A stretch of DNA of 64,000 nt from a virus, in IMG/VR virus record IMGVR_UViG_3300028590_000013, positions 1 through 64,000 of that record. One strand, given 5' to 3'. A model generated the notes under the pieces. That model saw only the letters and a program-made list of their open reading frames with translations. It did not search any database and was not told where the DNA came from. Shown piece after piece: positions 56,154 to 64,000 of the stretch (positions are counted from its first letter, which is position 1; each line of letters begins with the position of its first letter). Position numbers and translations under genes: made by a program.

Positions 56154-57690
56154 CGTCGTCCCCCGGTAGTGAATTGTCCTCCTCGCCTGTGGCCCCCTTG
56201 GCCTTGGCAGTGGCCTCGGTGATCATGAGCTGCTGGTCGAGTTCGCTGATGGGAGGCTGCACCTCGTCATCGGCTGCCTCAATGGCCTCGCTCGTGATCT
56301 TGCCGAAGATGCCGGTCGTGCGGCTGCTCTGGCGAAGTTCCTGCATGCCGGTCTGCTGAGTGACAAGGCCTGCGTCGAGGGCCTTCGTGACGGCCTCTGC
56401 GACCTTGCCTGCCACCTCGGCCTTCTTCTCGTCGTTGAGCTGCTGAAGGCTTGCGAAGTCCAGGGCGAAGGTGGGCGGCAGCACAATCGACTTGCTGGCT
56501 GCCGTGAGCTTGTAGGTCATCAGCACGCCCTGGGTCATCTCCTTGCGCTGCTTCTGCTGGATGCTGTCGTGGTACGTGCGCATGCCGCTCTCGTCGTCCG
56601 TGCTCAAGCCACCGGGGGCCTGGCCGAAGAGGCGAGTCATGGGGATCTGCAGGGCACCACTGACTTGCATGGCGAGCTGCGTGATGACAGAGTCCACGCC
56701 CGAGAAGGCACTGGTGGCCTGCACCTCGAACTCGTCTTCGCCATCGATCAGAGTCATGCCCTCGATGCCCTGGAAGCGCCGCATCATCTCCGTGTAGGCA
56801 AGGAGGCCATTCAGCACCTGCCCACCTGCGGCCACGATCTCCCGCAGGTTCGGGATCTTCAGCGTGCGCAGGTGCGCCTTGAAGACCAGCTGCGCGGCTC
56901 CCGTGCTCGCCGAGTCAAAGGCGATGAGCCGGTCGTAGAGGCGCTCGAGTACCGAGATGCCCCAGAGGTTTTCTGTCATGGCCTGCTGATAGGGCAGCTT
57001 GATACCGACGTGGCGCAGCACCACCCGGCTGTGGTGGATGACTTGCCCGCGCAGGGCAGGGGCGTTGCTCTGCACCTTGTAGTACTTCGGCAGCCCCATG
57101 TGGGGGCCGTAGTCCGTGACGAGATCCTCCAGGCTGGGCTCCACCATCCAGCGGTCGAGGACGGTGAGGCCCTTGAACTGGTCGGGGCCCACGCTCTCCA
57201 GGCGCAGTGGCGTCTTGGGGTCCTGGCCATCGATCAGCGCTACGACGATGGAGCCCCCGTAGAGGCGCCCCCATTGGATGCCCTCGTTCAGGCTGTCCCA
57301 CACGCCGAGATTGGTGATCTCGTGTTCGAGATCCTCTTGGTCGCTGGCGTCCATCTCCGTCATGAAGTCCACGCCAGCGCGGGTCATGTCGTCGGCAATG
57401 ATGTCGATAGCCACGCCGCCCAACCAGGAGCCGCGGTGAATCCACTCGAGTAGCTGGCGGTTGCGCGTGATGGGGTTGAAGCCATAGCTGCCAGACGTCA
57501 GGGCGTTGTCGGCTCCCACGCCGAGCTTGTGGGCGAAGTTCACGAAGCTGTCGAACGTAGCGCTCCCCACGAGCTTCTTGCCGTGCTCCGGCGTCTTGTA
57601 GCCACCGGCGATGGTAAGGGCCTTGCGGGCACTTACGTCTTCGCGCTTGGCATCGCGCACGGCTGCGCGGACTGATAGCTTTGCAGCCAT
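56077..57690 (-). CDS. Portal protein (DUF1073-like)
   Basis: SWL....D..ADDMTR.G, WGRLYGG, WG.SVLE, IP.TRLFG..P.G. Confidence 0.9.
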   Translation of the reverse strand: MAAKLSVRAAVRDAKREDVSARKALTIAGGYKTPEHGKKLVGSATFDSFVNFAHKLGVGADNALTSGSYGFNPITRNRQLLEWIHRGSWLGGVAIDIIADDMTRAGVDFMTEMDASDQEDLEHEITNLGVWDSLNEGIQWGRLYGGSIVVALIDGQDPKTPLRLESVGPDQFKGLTVLDRWMVEPSLEDLVTDYGPHMGLPKYYKVQSNAPALRGQVIHHSRVVLRHVGIKLPYQQAMTENLWGISVLERLYDRLIAFDSASTGAAQLVFKAHLRTLKIPNLREIVAAGGQVLNGLLAYTEMMRRFQGIEGMTLIDGEDEFEVQATSAFSGVDSVITQLAMQVSGALQIPMTRLFGQAPGGLSTDDESGMRTYHDSIQQKQRKEMTQGVLMTYKLTAASKSIVLPPTFALDFASLQQLNDEKKAEVAGKVAEAVTKALDAGLVTQQTGMQELRQSSRTTGIFGKITSEAIEAADDEVQPPISELDQQLMITEATAKAKGATGEEDNSLPGDDDGTTGQNGKAKSVGGGQRRRALVSE

Positions 57691-57700
57691 GGGCACTCCT

Positions 57701-58261
57701 TCATGTTTCTAGGTCGCTTTGCGAGAGGATCGGACTTCTCGTTTCTGCGGCGAGGGTGATGGGCTCATCGTAGACGGGGATGAGATCCTCCGATGTCGGT
57801 CCCATGAAGCCCATGTCGTAGGCCAGCGTGATGTGAGGGCGGTAGCTCGGGTAGTCCCAGCTCGCCCCTGCCTTCACGTAGTCGGCATGCCGGGCGTGCA
57901 GCTGTGGGCAGTCCAGGCACAGTACGATGGCCTCGCCAAAGCGCTCGATGCTTCGACCGCCTGGGTGAACGATCATGCCTCCGCTCATCTTGGGCACGCT
58001 GCTTGCCTTGATGGGCTTGCGCGTGTAGGCCACCGTCACGTGCGGATCCATGACGAGGGGGATGCCCCAGGTGGCCGCCCATCCAGCCAGGGCATCTGCG
58101 CTCACCTGGGAAAGAGGGTAGGCCGCATAGAGGGGCGTGGCCTCTTCCTTCGTGCCGTGCACATAGGGTTCGAGCTGGGCGGCGAGCATGTCGCGCGTCA
58201 GCCCTCGCTTCGTTGTCCTGCCCTGCATGAGCTGATGCAAGTGGACGTAGGCGCGGCTCAC
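57701..58261 (-). CDS. Acb1-like 2H phosphoesterase (anti-CBASS candidate)
   Basis: Two HxT motifs: PHVTVAYT and GASWDYPSYRPHITLAY, as in T4 57B/Acb1. Confidence 0.75.
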   Translation of the reverse strand: MSRAYVHLHQLMQGRTTKRGLTRDMLAAQLEPYVHGTKEEATPLYAAYPLSQVSADALAGWAATWGIPLVMDPHVTVAYTRKPIKASSVPKMSGGMIVHPGGRSIERFGEAIVLCLDCPQLHARHADYVKAGASWDYPSYRPHITLAYDMGFMGPTSEDLIPVYDEPITLAAETRSPILSQSDLET

Positions 58262-58602
58262 AGCTTGCCTCGCAGGTAGTCGAGGGCCTCCGCCTTGTAG
58301 GCCGCCACGCTGGGGTGCGCGCGGTTCGTGGCAATGGCTTCGATCTTCTCGATGCCTGCCGCCACGGCCTCGGGGTGCCGGCTGTAGAGGGCGGCGGCGA
58401 GATGCTCGCGGATGGCCGTGACCACCTGGGGGCTGTTCCCGCTCACCGCCTTGGGAGCCGTAGGAGCCGTGCGACGGTGCTCCGTGGGGGGATGGGGCTG
58501 CGCCTGGCTTTCAGGGGCTTGCTGCTCGATCTGGGCGTCTTCCTGCGGCTCTTCTGCGGCGAGAGCTTGGGAAGTCTTAGCCTTCTGCTTGTTCGTTGCC
58601 AT
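58258..58602 (-). CDS. hypothetical protein
   Basis: AAGGAG RBS. Confidence 0.55.
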   Translation of the reverse strand: MATNKQKAKTSQALAAEEPQEDAQIEQQAPESQAQPHPPTEHRRTAPTAPKAVSGNSPQVVTAIREHLAAALYSRHPEAVAAGIEKIEAIATNRAHPSVAAYKAEALDYLRGKL

Positions 58603-58921
58603 TTCGGGCTCCTTTCTTGATGAGGTAGGGGCGGATGCTCCAGAGATCGCCCACGCGTTCGTAGAAAACGAGGCACCCGATGCGGGCCTGCTGCACGGCA
58701 CCAACGCGCATGTAGCGCAGCAGGCCGAGGTTCAGCAGGGCATGGCCCTCGTAGGCCACGTAGACTGTTTTGCCGAAGAGCTTGCAGTTGCTGCGCGTTC
58801 CCGCACGTGCCCAGCGCAGTCCAGGCATGGTGAAGCGCGCGAGGTCCGGGCCCGGGTTCTCCCAGTGGAACAGCAGGAAGCTCCAGCGCCAGGCAAGCAG
58901 CCTGCGAATCGATGCCATCAT
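58577..58921 (-). CDS. hypothetical protein
   Basis: AAGGAG RBS after terminase. Confidence 0.5.
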   Translation of the reverse strand: MMASIRRLLAWRWSFLLFHWENPGPDLARFTMPGLRWARAGTRSNCKLFGKTVYVAYEGHALLNLGLLRYMRVGAVQQARIGCLVFYERVGDLWSIRPYLIKKGARNGNEQAEG

Positions 58922-58931
58922 GTTCTCTCCT

Positions 58932-60425
58932 TCAGGTTGTCGTTAAGCCGCGCTGTGGCAGGCCCGCATTGGCTTGGCCCAGGCGCTCCCACATGCCCAT
59001 GGCCCCCTGGCGTTGGATGTAGCCATCTAGGCCGTAGCGCACGCCATCCCAAGTGTGGTCATGCTTCTGCACGAGGATAGGCAGCACGAGGGGTTGTCCC
59101 TTCTCGTCGACCTGCTTGGGGTCCACCTTCCAGCGCCACAGGAAGGCCTCGCGGGCATGCTGCACGCAGCGCGTGTGGATCACTATCTTGTTGAAGCTAC
59201 GCAAGGTCTGGATGCCGTCCTTGACGCTGCCCTCCCACTTCTCGGCTGCGCTCATGGCATAGCCCTTGCGCCGGATTGCGCTAATGGTCTCGGGGCGAGC
59301 GCCGTCAGCCTTGATGTGCCAGTCCTTGCTATCGGGCACGCTGCCATAGAACTCGTCGTACTCGTCGGTCTCTACGTGCGAGCCATAGGCCTCGTGGCTG
59401 ATGTAGAGGTCGTCTCCACGTGCCCCCGCCTCCCTAACGTTGGCGGGGAGGATGAACATGCGGCTGAGCGTCGAGGGATCCTGACTGTAGCCGAAGTCGG
59501 CGCCGAAGAGCAGCCGCGGTGCTTGCTTCCACAGCTCGTCGTCGAACTCCATGGTGACGTACTTCTGGTTGAGCACGATAGCCGAGGAGATCTTCTTGGG
59601 CATGCCAAGCCAGATGTGCTCGTAGAGGTGGAAGTCGGCTTCCCGATCTGCTTCCATTTCCTCCCGCAAGACCGACGTGAAGAAGGGATTGCGGTCGTAG
59701 TTGACCTTGTGCACGATGCTATTGGGCCGCTTGGGCTCACAGAGCGTCTCGCGCGGATCCGTGGGCGGCGCCTTCACGAAGCGTTGGTATGTGGCGTCGT
59801 TCTCGTCGATCAAGTTGAAGCTCACCCAGACCTCGGAGCCCTCCTTACGCATGGTGGGGGTCAGGCTCTGCCAGCTATTGGCCGTCACGGTCTGGGCTTC
59901 CTCCACCCACACGATGTCCACGCCTTCCATGGAACGTATGCCATTCTCGGCGCCATGTAGGCCCTTGAAGATGAACTCCGAGCCGATGCGCGAGTGGATG
60001 CTGTTCGCCGTGACAACGAACCAGCTATCCATGCCCAGGCGAGTGATCGTGTCCTTGAGCAGCTTATGTGAGCTGTCCTTGATGCTGATCTGGAACTCGC
60101 GAGTGCACAGAATACGTAGCGGGATCTGGCTGGCTAGCCGGACGAGGGCCTCAGCGAATGCCCAGGACTTAGCGGAGCCACGTCCACCCCAGTAGACTTT
60201 GTTGCGTGCCTTCTTGTAGTAGAGGTCGCTTAGCGGGTGGTTCTTGTCGAGGACAAGGCTCGGGCTGTTCTTGAACTCGGGGCGCAAGTCCCCGTGGTCG
60301 CTAATCCTCTCTGTGGCGGCGAGGCGACTCGCTTTGATCTTCTCCCTCCTCGCCTTCTCCGTGAGCGCCAAGATCAAAGCCTGCTTCGGCGGCAGCGCGC
60401 GCAATGATTGCGTCAAGTTCGTCAT
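58932..60425 (-). CDS. Terminase large subunit (PBSX/SPP1-like)
   Basis: WGGRGSAKS, CTREFQ.SI.DS, WVEEAQ, SFN, GADFGY..DP, DH..DGVRY. Confidence 0.95.
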   Translation of the reverse strand: MTNLTQSLRALPPKQALILALTEKARREKIKASRLAATERISDHGDLRPEFKNSPSLVLDKNHPLSDLYYKKARNKVYWGGRGSAKSWAFAEALVRLASQIPLRILCTREFQISIKDSSHKLLKDTITRLGMDSWFVVTANSIHSRIGSEFIFKGLHGAENGIRSMEGVDIVWVEEAQTVTANSWQSLTPTMRKEGSEVWVSFNLIDENDATYQRFVKAPPTDPRETLCEPKRPNSIVHKVNYDRNPFFTSVLREEMEADREADFHLYEHIWLGMPKKISSAIVLNQKYVTMEFDDELWKQAPRLLFGADFGYSQDPSTLSRMFILPANVREAGARGDDLYISHEAYGSHVETDEYDEFYGSVPDSKDWHIKADGARPETISAIRRKGYAMSAAEKWEGSVKDGIQTLRSFNKIVIHTRCVQHAREAFLWRWKVDPKQVDEKGQPLVLPILVQKHDHTWDGVRYGLDGYIQRQGAMGMWERLGQANAGLPQRGLTTT

Positions 60426-60711
60426 CGGGCACTCCACTAATCACTTCAACAGTACTGATCTTTGGCGCGTAGTAGGGCGCTGCCGCCTTCATGGCATCCA
60501 CGCGGGTCTGGAAGTCGTAGGGCTCTGGCTCTTCGATGACAAGGCCACGCTTCACCACGACTCTATGCATGGGCTCTCCACGTGCTACCTGGAGAAGCAG
60601 CTCGTGTGGCAGCAAGCCCTGCAGCTTGGCTTGCTCGATAGCCTGGGCTGCCAGCTTGTTCATGCTGCCTACAGGCCTGCCACCCTTGTTCTTTGGCTTT
60701 GGTGTTTCCAC
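60301..60711 (-). CDS. Terminase small subunit
   Basis: GGRPVGS.NK, P.E.LL, R.DA.KAAAPY..PK; AGGAG RBS; overlaps the TerL start. Confidence 0.75.
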   Translation of the reverse strand: METPKPKNKGGRPVGSMNKLAAQAIEQAKLQGLLPHELLLQVARGEPMHRVVVKRGLVIEEPEPYDFQTRVDAMKAAAPYYAPKISTVEVISGVPDDELDAIIARAAAEAGFDLGAHGEGEEGEDQSESPRRHRED

Positions 60712-60754
60712 GGTATTTATCTCCTATGCCCACGTTGAGGCGCTGACGCACGAA

Positions 60755-60789
60755 AGCCTACGTAAGGCTCGTTAGGTCTTACGTAGGCT
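60755..60789. other. 12-bp perfect hairpin upstream of terS
   Basis: AGCCTACGTAAG / CTTACGTAGGCT with an 11-nt loop. Confidence 0.8.
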
Positions 60790-60798
60790 ATGTGAATA

Positions 60799-61350
60799 GT
60801 GGGGGCCACCAGAGGCTGCTTCGCCTGTCATGCCCAAGAGGGTGAGTGCACCCGTGCAAGAGAAAGCCTCATGGCTCCCGCTGATGCATATCCTCTGGTG
60901 GCTTATCTGGGAAGGGCCTCTCAGCCCCTCTGTCTCGTTGCCTGCCTAGGTTCCCATGGCTGTCGCCAAATTCCAGGGCTTACGGCATTCGCGAACGCAG
61001 GGTCTAGCGTGGTGCCGCGCATATGTCAGCTGGGGCATTCAAGGAGCCGAGCTGCTCCTCTGTTAGTGCTGGTTACGTTATCCAGCTCGTGAGGCATCGA
61101 CGTATGACGTTCATCTGCACATGCTCTTGTGCTTATCCCTTGCTTACGCGAAGAGAAGGCCAGGCGCTTCTTAGCTATAGGCCATCGCGGCTCATTGCCC
61201 ACATAGGGGCCTATCGCCCACAGAGCTTGTGGGCACACGTGGGCAAGGGTTGGTTGCCTTGCGCCTCTCGTGAATGGTGGGAAGGCCATGCGGCTAAGTC
61301 ATGGCTCAAGCTGGAGTAGCGCGCTGACAGATCCATCGCCGGAGGATGGG
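60799..61350 (+). ncRNA. Candidate large structured ncRNA A
   Basis: No credible ORF; many nested stems, several with + strand G-U pairs. Confidence 0.45.
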
Positions 61351-61385
61351 TGCCCCGCTTCGCCTCACTTGCCTCTAAGGCCTGG

Positions 61386-61601
61386 CTACAGGCTTCTTCC
61401 CTTATTCGTTGGCTGCATTTCACGTGCACTGATGATCAGCACTCCAGGCTTCTCCCGCTCCAGCACGTAGCCACTCACCAGATAGTGCTTCACCGTTCTT
61501 CCAATGCTCACTCTCATGTGGGGATCATCCACGATCTGCTGCGTGAGTTCGAGGAGATAGGCTGGTGTGCCCTGGATGACCAGCTTGGATTCTTCAGGCA
61601 T
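61386..61601 (-). CDS. hypothetical protein
   Basis: GGAGG RBS; coupled to the upstream ORF. Confidence 0.5.
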   Translation of the reverse strand: MPEESKLVIQGTPAYLLELTQQIVDDPHMRVSIGRTVKHYLVSGYVLEREKPGVLIISAREMQPTNKGRSL

Positions 61602-61956
61602 GGCAGCCTCCCATGAGCCAATCAATCTGTCGTGGCTCGTAGCCCATGTCGACGAGAGCCAACACAGTGCGCGCCACGTTCTCCGCCATCCTGCCACGTG
61701 CAAGGCGTTCATTCCGCAGAGCACGCAGATCCACGTCGTTGTAGAGGATCTCTTCAGCCGTGAAAGCGCGCTGCAGATGGCAGCCCACAGAGATCTCCTT
61801 GGGCAGTGACGTGATCTCCATTTCTGGGAGCACGTCGAGCTTCAGATCAACGACAAGAGATCCGTGTGGGCCATTGCGAATGGGGCCCACGACAACGCAG
61901 CCCACCTTTTCGCCGCGCTCATTGCGAAGATCCACGCCATCGATGTGTAAGCTCAT
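61594..61956 (-). CDS. hypothetical protein
   Basis: AGGAG RBS. Confidence 0.55.
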   Translation of the reverse strand: MSLHIDGVDLRNERGEKVGCVVVGPIRNGPHGSLVVDLKLDVLPEMEITSLPKEISVGCHLQRAFTAEEILYNDVDLRALRNERLARGRMAENVARTVLALVDMGYEPRQIDWLMGGCHA

Positions 61957-62017
61957 TTCTTTCTCCTGGGAGGGCATCCGACTAGTAGCCCGGGTGGGGC
62001 TACTAAGCTGAGGCTCT

Positions 62018-62485
62018 CTAGAACCTTGCATCGCCGTGACGTTGCTTCCACAAGGTCATCGGGCTCATCTTCTGCCGCATGGCCTCGCCCACGAAGAATG
62101 GGCTCGTTGGTGCCAGCATCTGCGCGTTGTGCTCGCCCTTGTTCAAGGCAAGCAGTGGTTCGTTGAGCGTGACTTCCAGCTTGGTGACGTCATCGGAGCT
62201 AAGGAAGGCTTCGATGCTGAACTCGTCGCTTGTCGTGTGGAGCAAGCTGGGTTCAGCCTGCCGCCACGCCTCAAGCGCCCTGGAGAGCGCTTCATTCACG
62301 CTCCTCAGGCCCTCGGCATCGGCTTTGAGGCGGAGCTGCTGGTGGAGCGCCGATGTCATCTCATTGTGAATGACGGCCATGAGGCGCGTGAAGCAACTCA
62401 TCTGCAGCAGGGCGTTGTTCTCGGCCTGCCACTTGATTTGCGCGGCCTCGCGTTGCGCCAGGCTCATGGTGAAGAAGCTCACCAT
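62018..62485 (-). CDS. hypothetical protein
   Basis: AGGAG RBS; GTATAGATAGG motif upstream. Confidence 0.55.
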   Translation of the reverse strand: MVSFFTMSLAQREAAQIKWQAENNALLQMSCFTRLMAVIHNEMTSALHQQLRLKADAEGLRSVNEALSRALEAWRQAEPSLLHTTSDEFSIEAFLSSDDVTKLEVTLNEPLLALNKGEHNAQMLAPTSPFFVGEAMRQKMSPMTLWKQRHGDARF

Positions 62486-62548
62486 GGTCTCCTAAAGGCT
62501 CGGACGATGTGCCGTCTGGGCTGCTTGCGAATGACCCGCGGTCGCACT

Positions 62549-63097
62549 CTACGCATGTTCGTTTCCTTGCAGTGGTTGGAGCCTATCTATACGCTCAAGG
62601 GCGTCCCAGAGCCGTAACCCTGCGAGGCGCGCAATGTCAATGACTTCATGCGGCAAGAGCTTCTCCGCATCCCTGTTCGGCTTTGAGCGGCGCCATGACG
62701 CAATGCTGGCTCGGCCTGGACTCCCGGAGGCCAAGAGAATGCCCGAGGCCGCTGGAACGAAAGCCGCCAGCTCAGGTGTCCAGACCTCTGTTGGGATCAG
62801 GTAGTAGTGCTTCCAGATCTTGGGCGGCCATTCCCTGGGGCTAGGCTCACTAGGCCTGCGGCTGCGGGACCAAGGCCGCTCTCGCCACCACTTGTCCTTC
62901 TTGGCATCAGCCTTGAAGTCGCTGCGGCTTATCTTCATCTCCACGTCTATCAGACGGCAATCCTTGCTGACGACGAGGAGGTCGGCCTCGTGGCCTGTCC
63001 AGCCGCAGCAGGGCACAGCCAGGACTGAGTTCTGAAAGAACTGGCGGACGAGAGCTTTGGTGAGGCTTGCCTCACTCCATGGCATGGGCTTCTTCAT
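62549..63097 (-). CDS. MmcB-like PD-(D/E)xK nuclease-fold protein
   Basis: EADLLVV...DVEMKISRSDFKAD..K, YY..P, GIL. Confidence 0.7.
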   Translation of the reverse strand: MKKPMPWSEASLTKALVRQFFQNSVLAVPCCGWTGHEADLLVVSKDCRLIDVEMKISRSDFKADAKKDKWWRERPWSRSRRPSEPSPREWPPKIWKHYYLIPTEVWTPELAAFVPAASGILLASGSPGRASIASWRRSKPNRDAEKLLPHEVIDIARLAGLRLWDALERIDRLQPLQGNEHA

Positions 63098-63103
63098 ATC
63101 TAT

Positions 63104-63515
63104 TCCCTTTTCTGTGCCTTGAGCTGATCCAGCCATGCCGTGAAGCTGCTGGGGCCACTCATATCGCATAACGAAGCCTGCTAGGTCAAGCCTAGTGGTG
63201 CAACGAAGGGGTTTGTGGGTGGCAACCCGCCCAAGCCTCAAGGCACAGAAAAGGGAGATGGTCAAGTCCACTGCGGCGGCTCACATGGGGCAGTGGGGGA
63301 GACATGGAAAGGGCTTTCTCTTCAGAGCAACCAACGGCGCCAACCCGTTGGACCCCGAGTAGGGACTCAACCATCACAGGAGCGCCTTCGGCAAGCGGCA
63401 GTGAAGGTTTCTTAGGCCTCGTTGCCATTATTAGGGAGCCGGGTTCACCGCTACCTACTCTCCGAAGACTCTCCTGTGATGGCTTAGAAAGAAGCCCGGT
63501 CCGACGCGGGCTTCT
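63104..63515 (+). ncRNA. Candidate large structured ncRNA B
   Basis: 20-bp and 12-bp perfect long-range stems enclosing multibranch hairpins with + strand G-U pairs. Confidence 0.55.
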
Positions 63516-63823
63516 CCACTCAAGCATCTCGGAGCAATTGCGCTACATATAGCCTCCAGGTGGTCACCGCATGAGAGGCCCCCACCGCGGGGGCGCCGTG
63601 CAGCTCGGCATGCCAATCTATACGCCGCTAAAAAGGATCCCCGGAGGCTCCGGCTGTGGCCTCCGGGGAGCTGGGCAGAAATGCGAGGAGGGGCAACCCT
63701 TCCCAACGTTGAAAGGGCCCTGACTTGCGCCTTGTGGCGGGGCTCCGGGAGACTGGCGGCGGCCCTGCCCTGCGTCCTCCATGCCTCTCGATGGCGCCCA
63801 GCCACCACGCGATTTCTCCAATG

Positions 63824-63847
63824 AAAAAGCCCGCTTGTGGCGGGCTT
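63824..63847 (-). terminator. Rho-independent terminator
   Basis: On the - strand AAGCCCGC-CACAA-GCGGGCTT followed by TTT. Confidence 0.7.
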
Positions 63848-64000
63848 CCCGTTGCGGTGGCGGAACTTCCACCACTAGCAAATTGCTGCGCATATTAGCT
63901 TGTTTTCACCAAGCCAACAAACTTTTGCGTTTTGCCCACAAAAAGCCACTAGCCCTCCCCAGTCTCTGCCTGCACAGCGAGGGCTGCGCTCTTGGTCAAG

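Noticed and set aside
56077-57690. Calling the DUF1073 protein itself Acb1
   Set aside because: It has portal features and no HxT pair; the 2H domain is the separate upstream gene
60750-64000. tRNA, tmRNA or RNase P genes in the structured regions
   Set aside because: No GTTCRA T-loop cloverleaf or other diagnostic conserved sequences found on either strand

Overview
Most or all of a GC-rich, apparently lytic myovirus genome; no integrase or repressor was seen, and the host is probably a betaproteobacterium. The + strand arm (0.8-30.4 kb) carries DNA modification, replication and recombination genes: queE, queC, folE and a TGT-fold DpdA-like gene (7-deazaguanine DNA modification), flap nuclease, DnaB and SNF2 helicases, primase, a sigma-like factor, beta clamp, family A polymerase with an N-terminal UDG-like domain, DnaX-like clamp loader, UvsY/gp32/RecA-like, RuvC-like and SbcCD proteins, and a PAPS-reductase-like protein. 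The - strand arm (30.4-63 kb) carries terminase, an Acb1-like 2H phosphoesterase, DUF1073 portal, DUF2213 protease/scaffold, DUF2184 capsid, contractile tail, baseplate, three fibre/spike genes and lysis genes. Most notable: (1) the DpdA-like gene is split at a (CT)8 tract, and losing one CT would fuse an unannotated 41-aa N-terminal module to the barrel, while three further paralogous free-standing modules lie just downstream, suggesting a phase-variable or modular DNA-modification system; (2) two ~0.4-0.55 kb highly base-paired intergenic regions upstream of the terminase look like large ncRNAs; (3) shared TxD motifs, and a VHxH motif, in the leaders of head proteins and of the Acb1-like protein suggest that an anti-CBASS enzyme is packaged in the virion. 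All calls are from motif recognition by eye; no searches were run.
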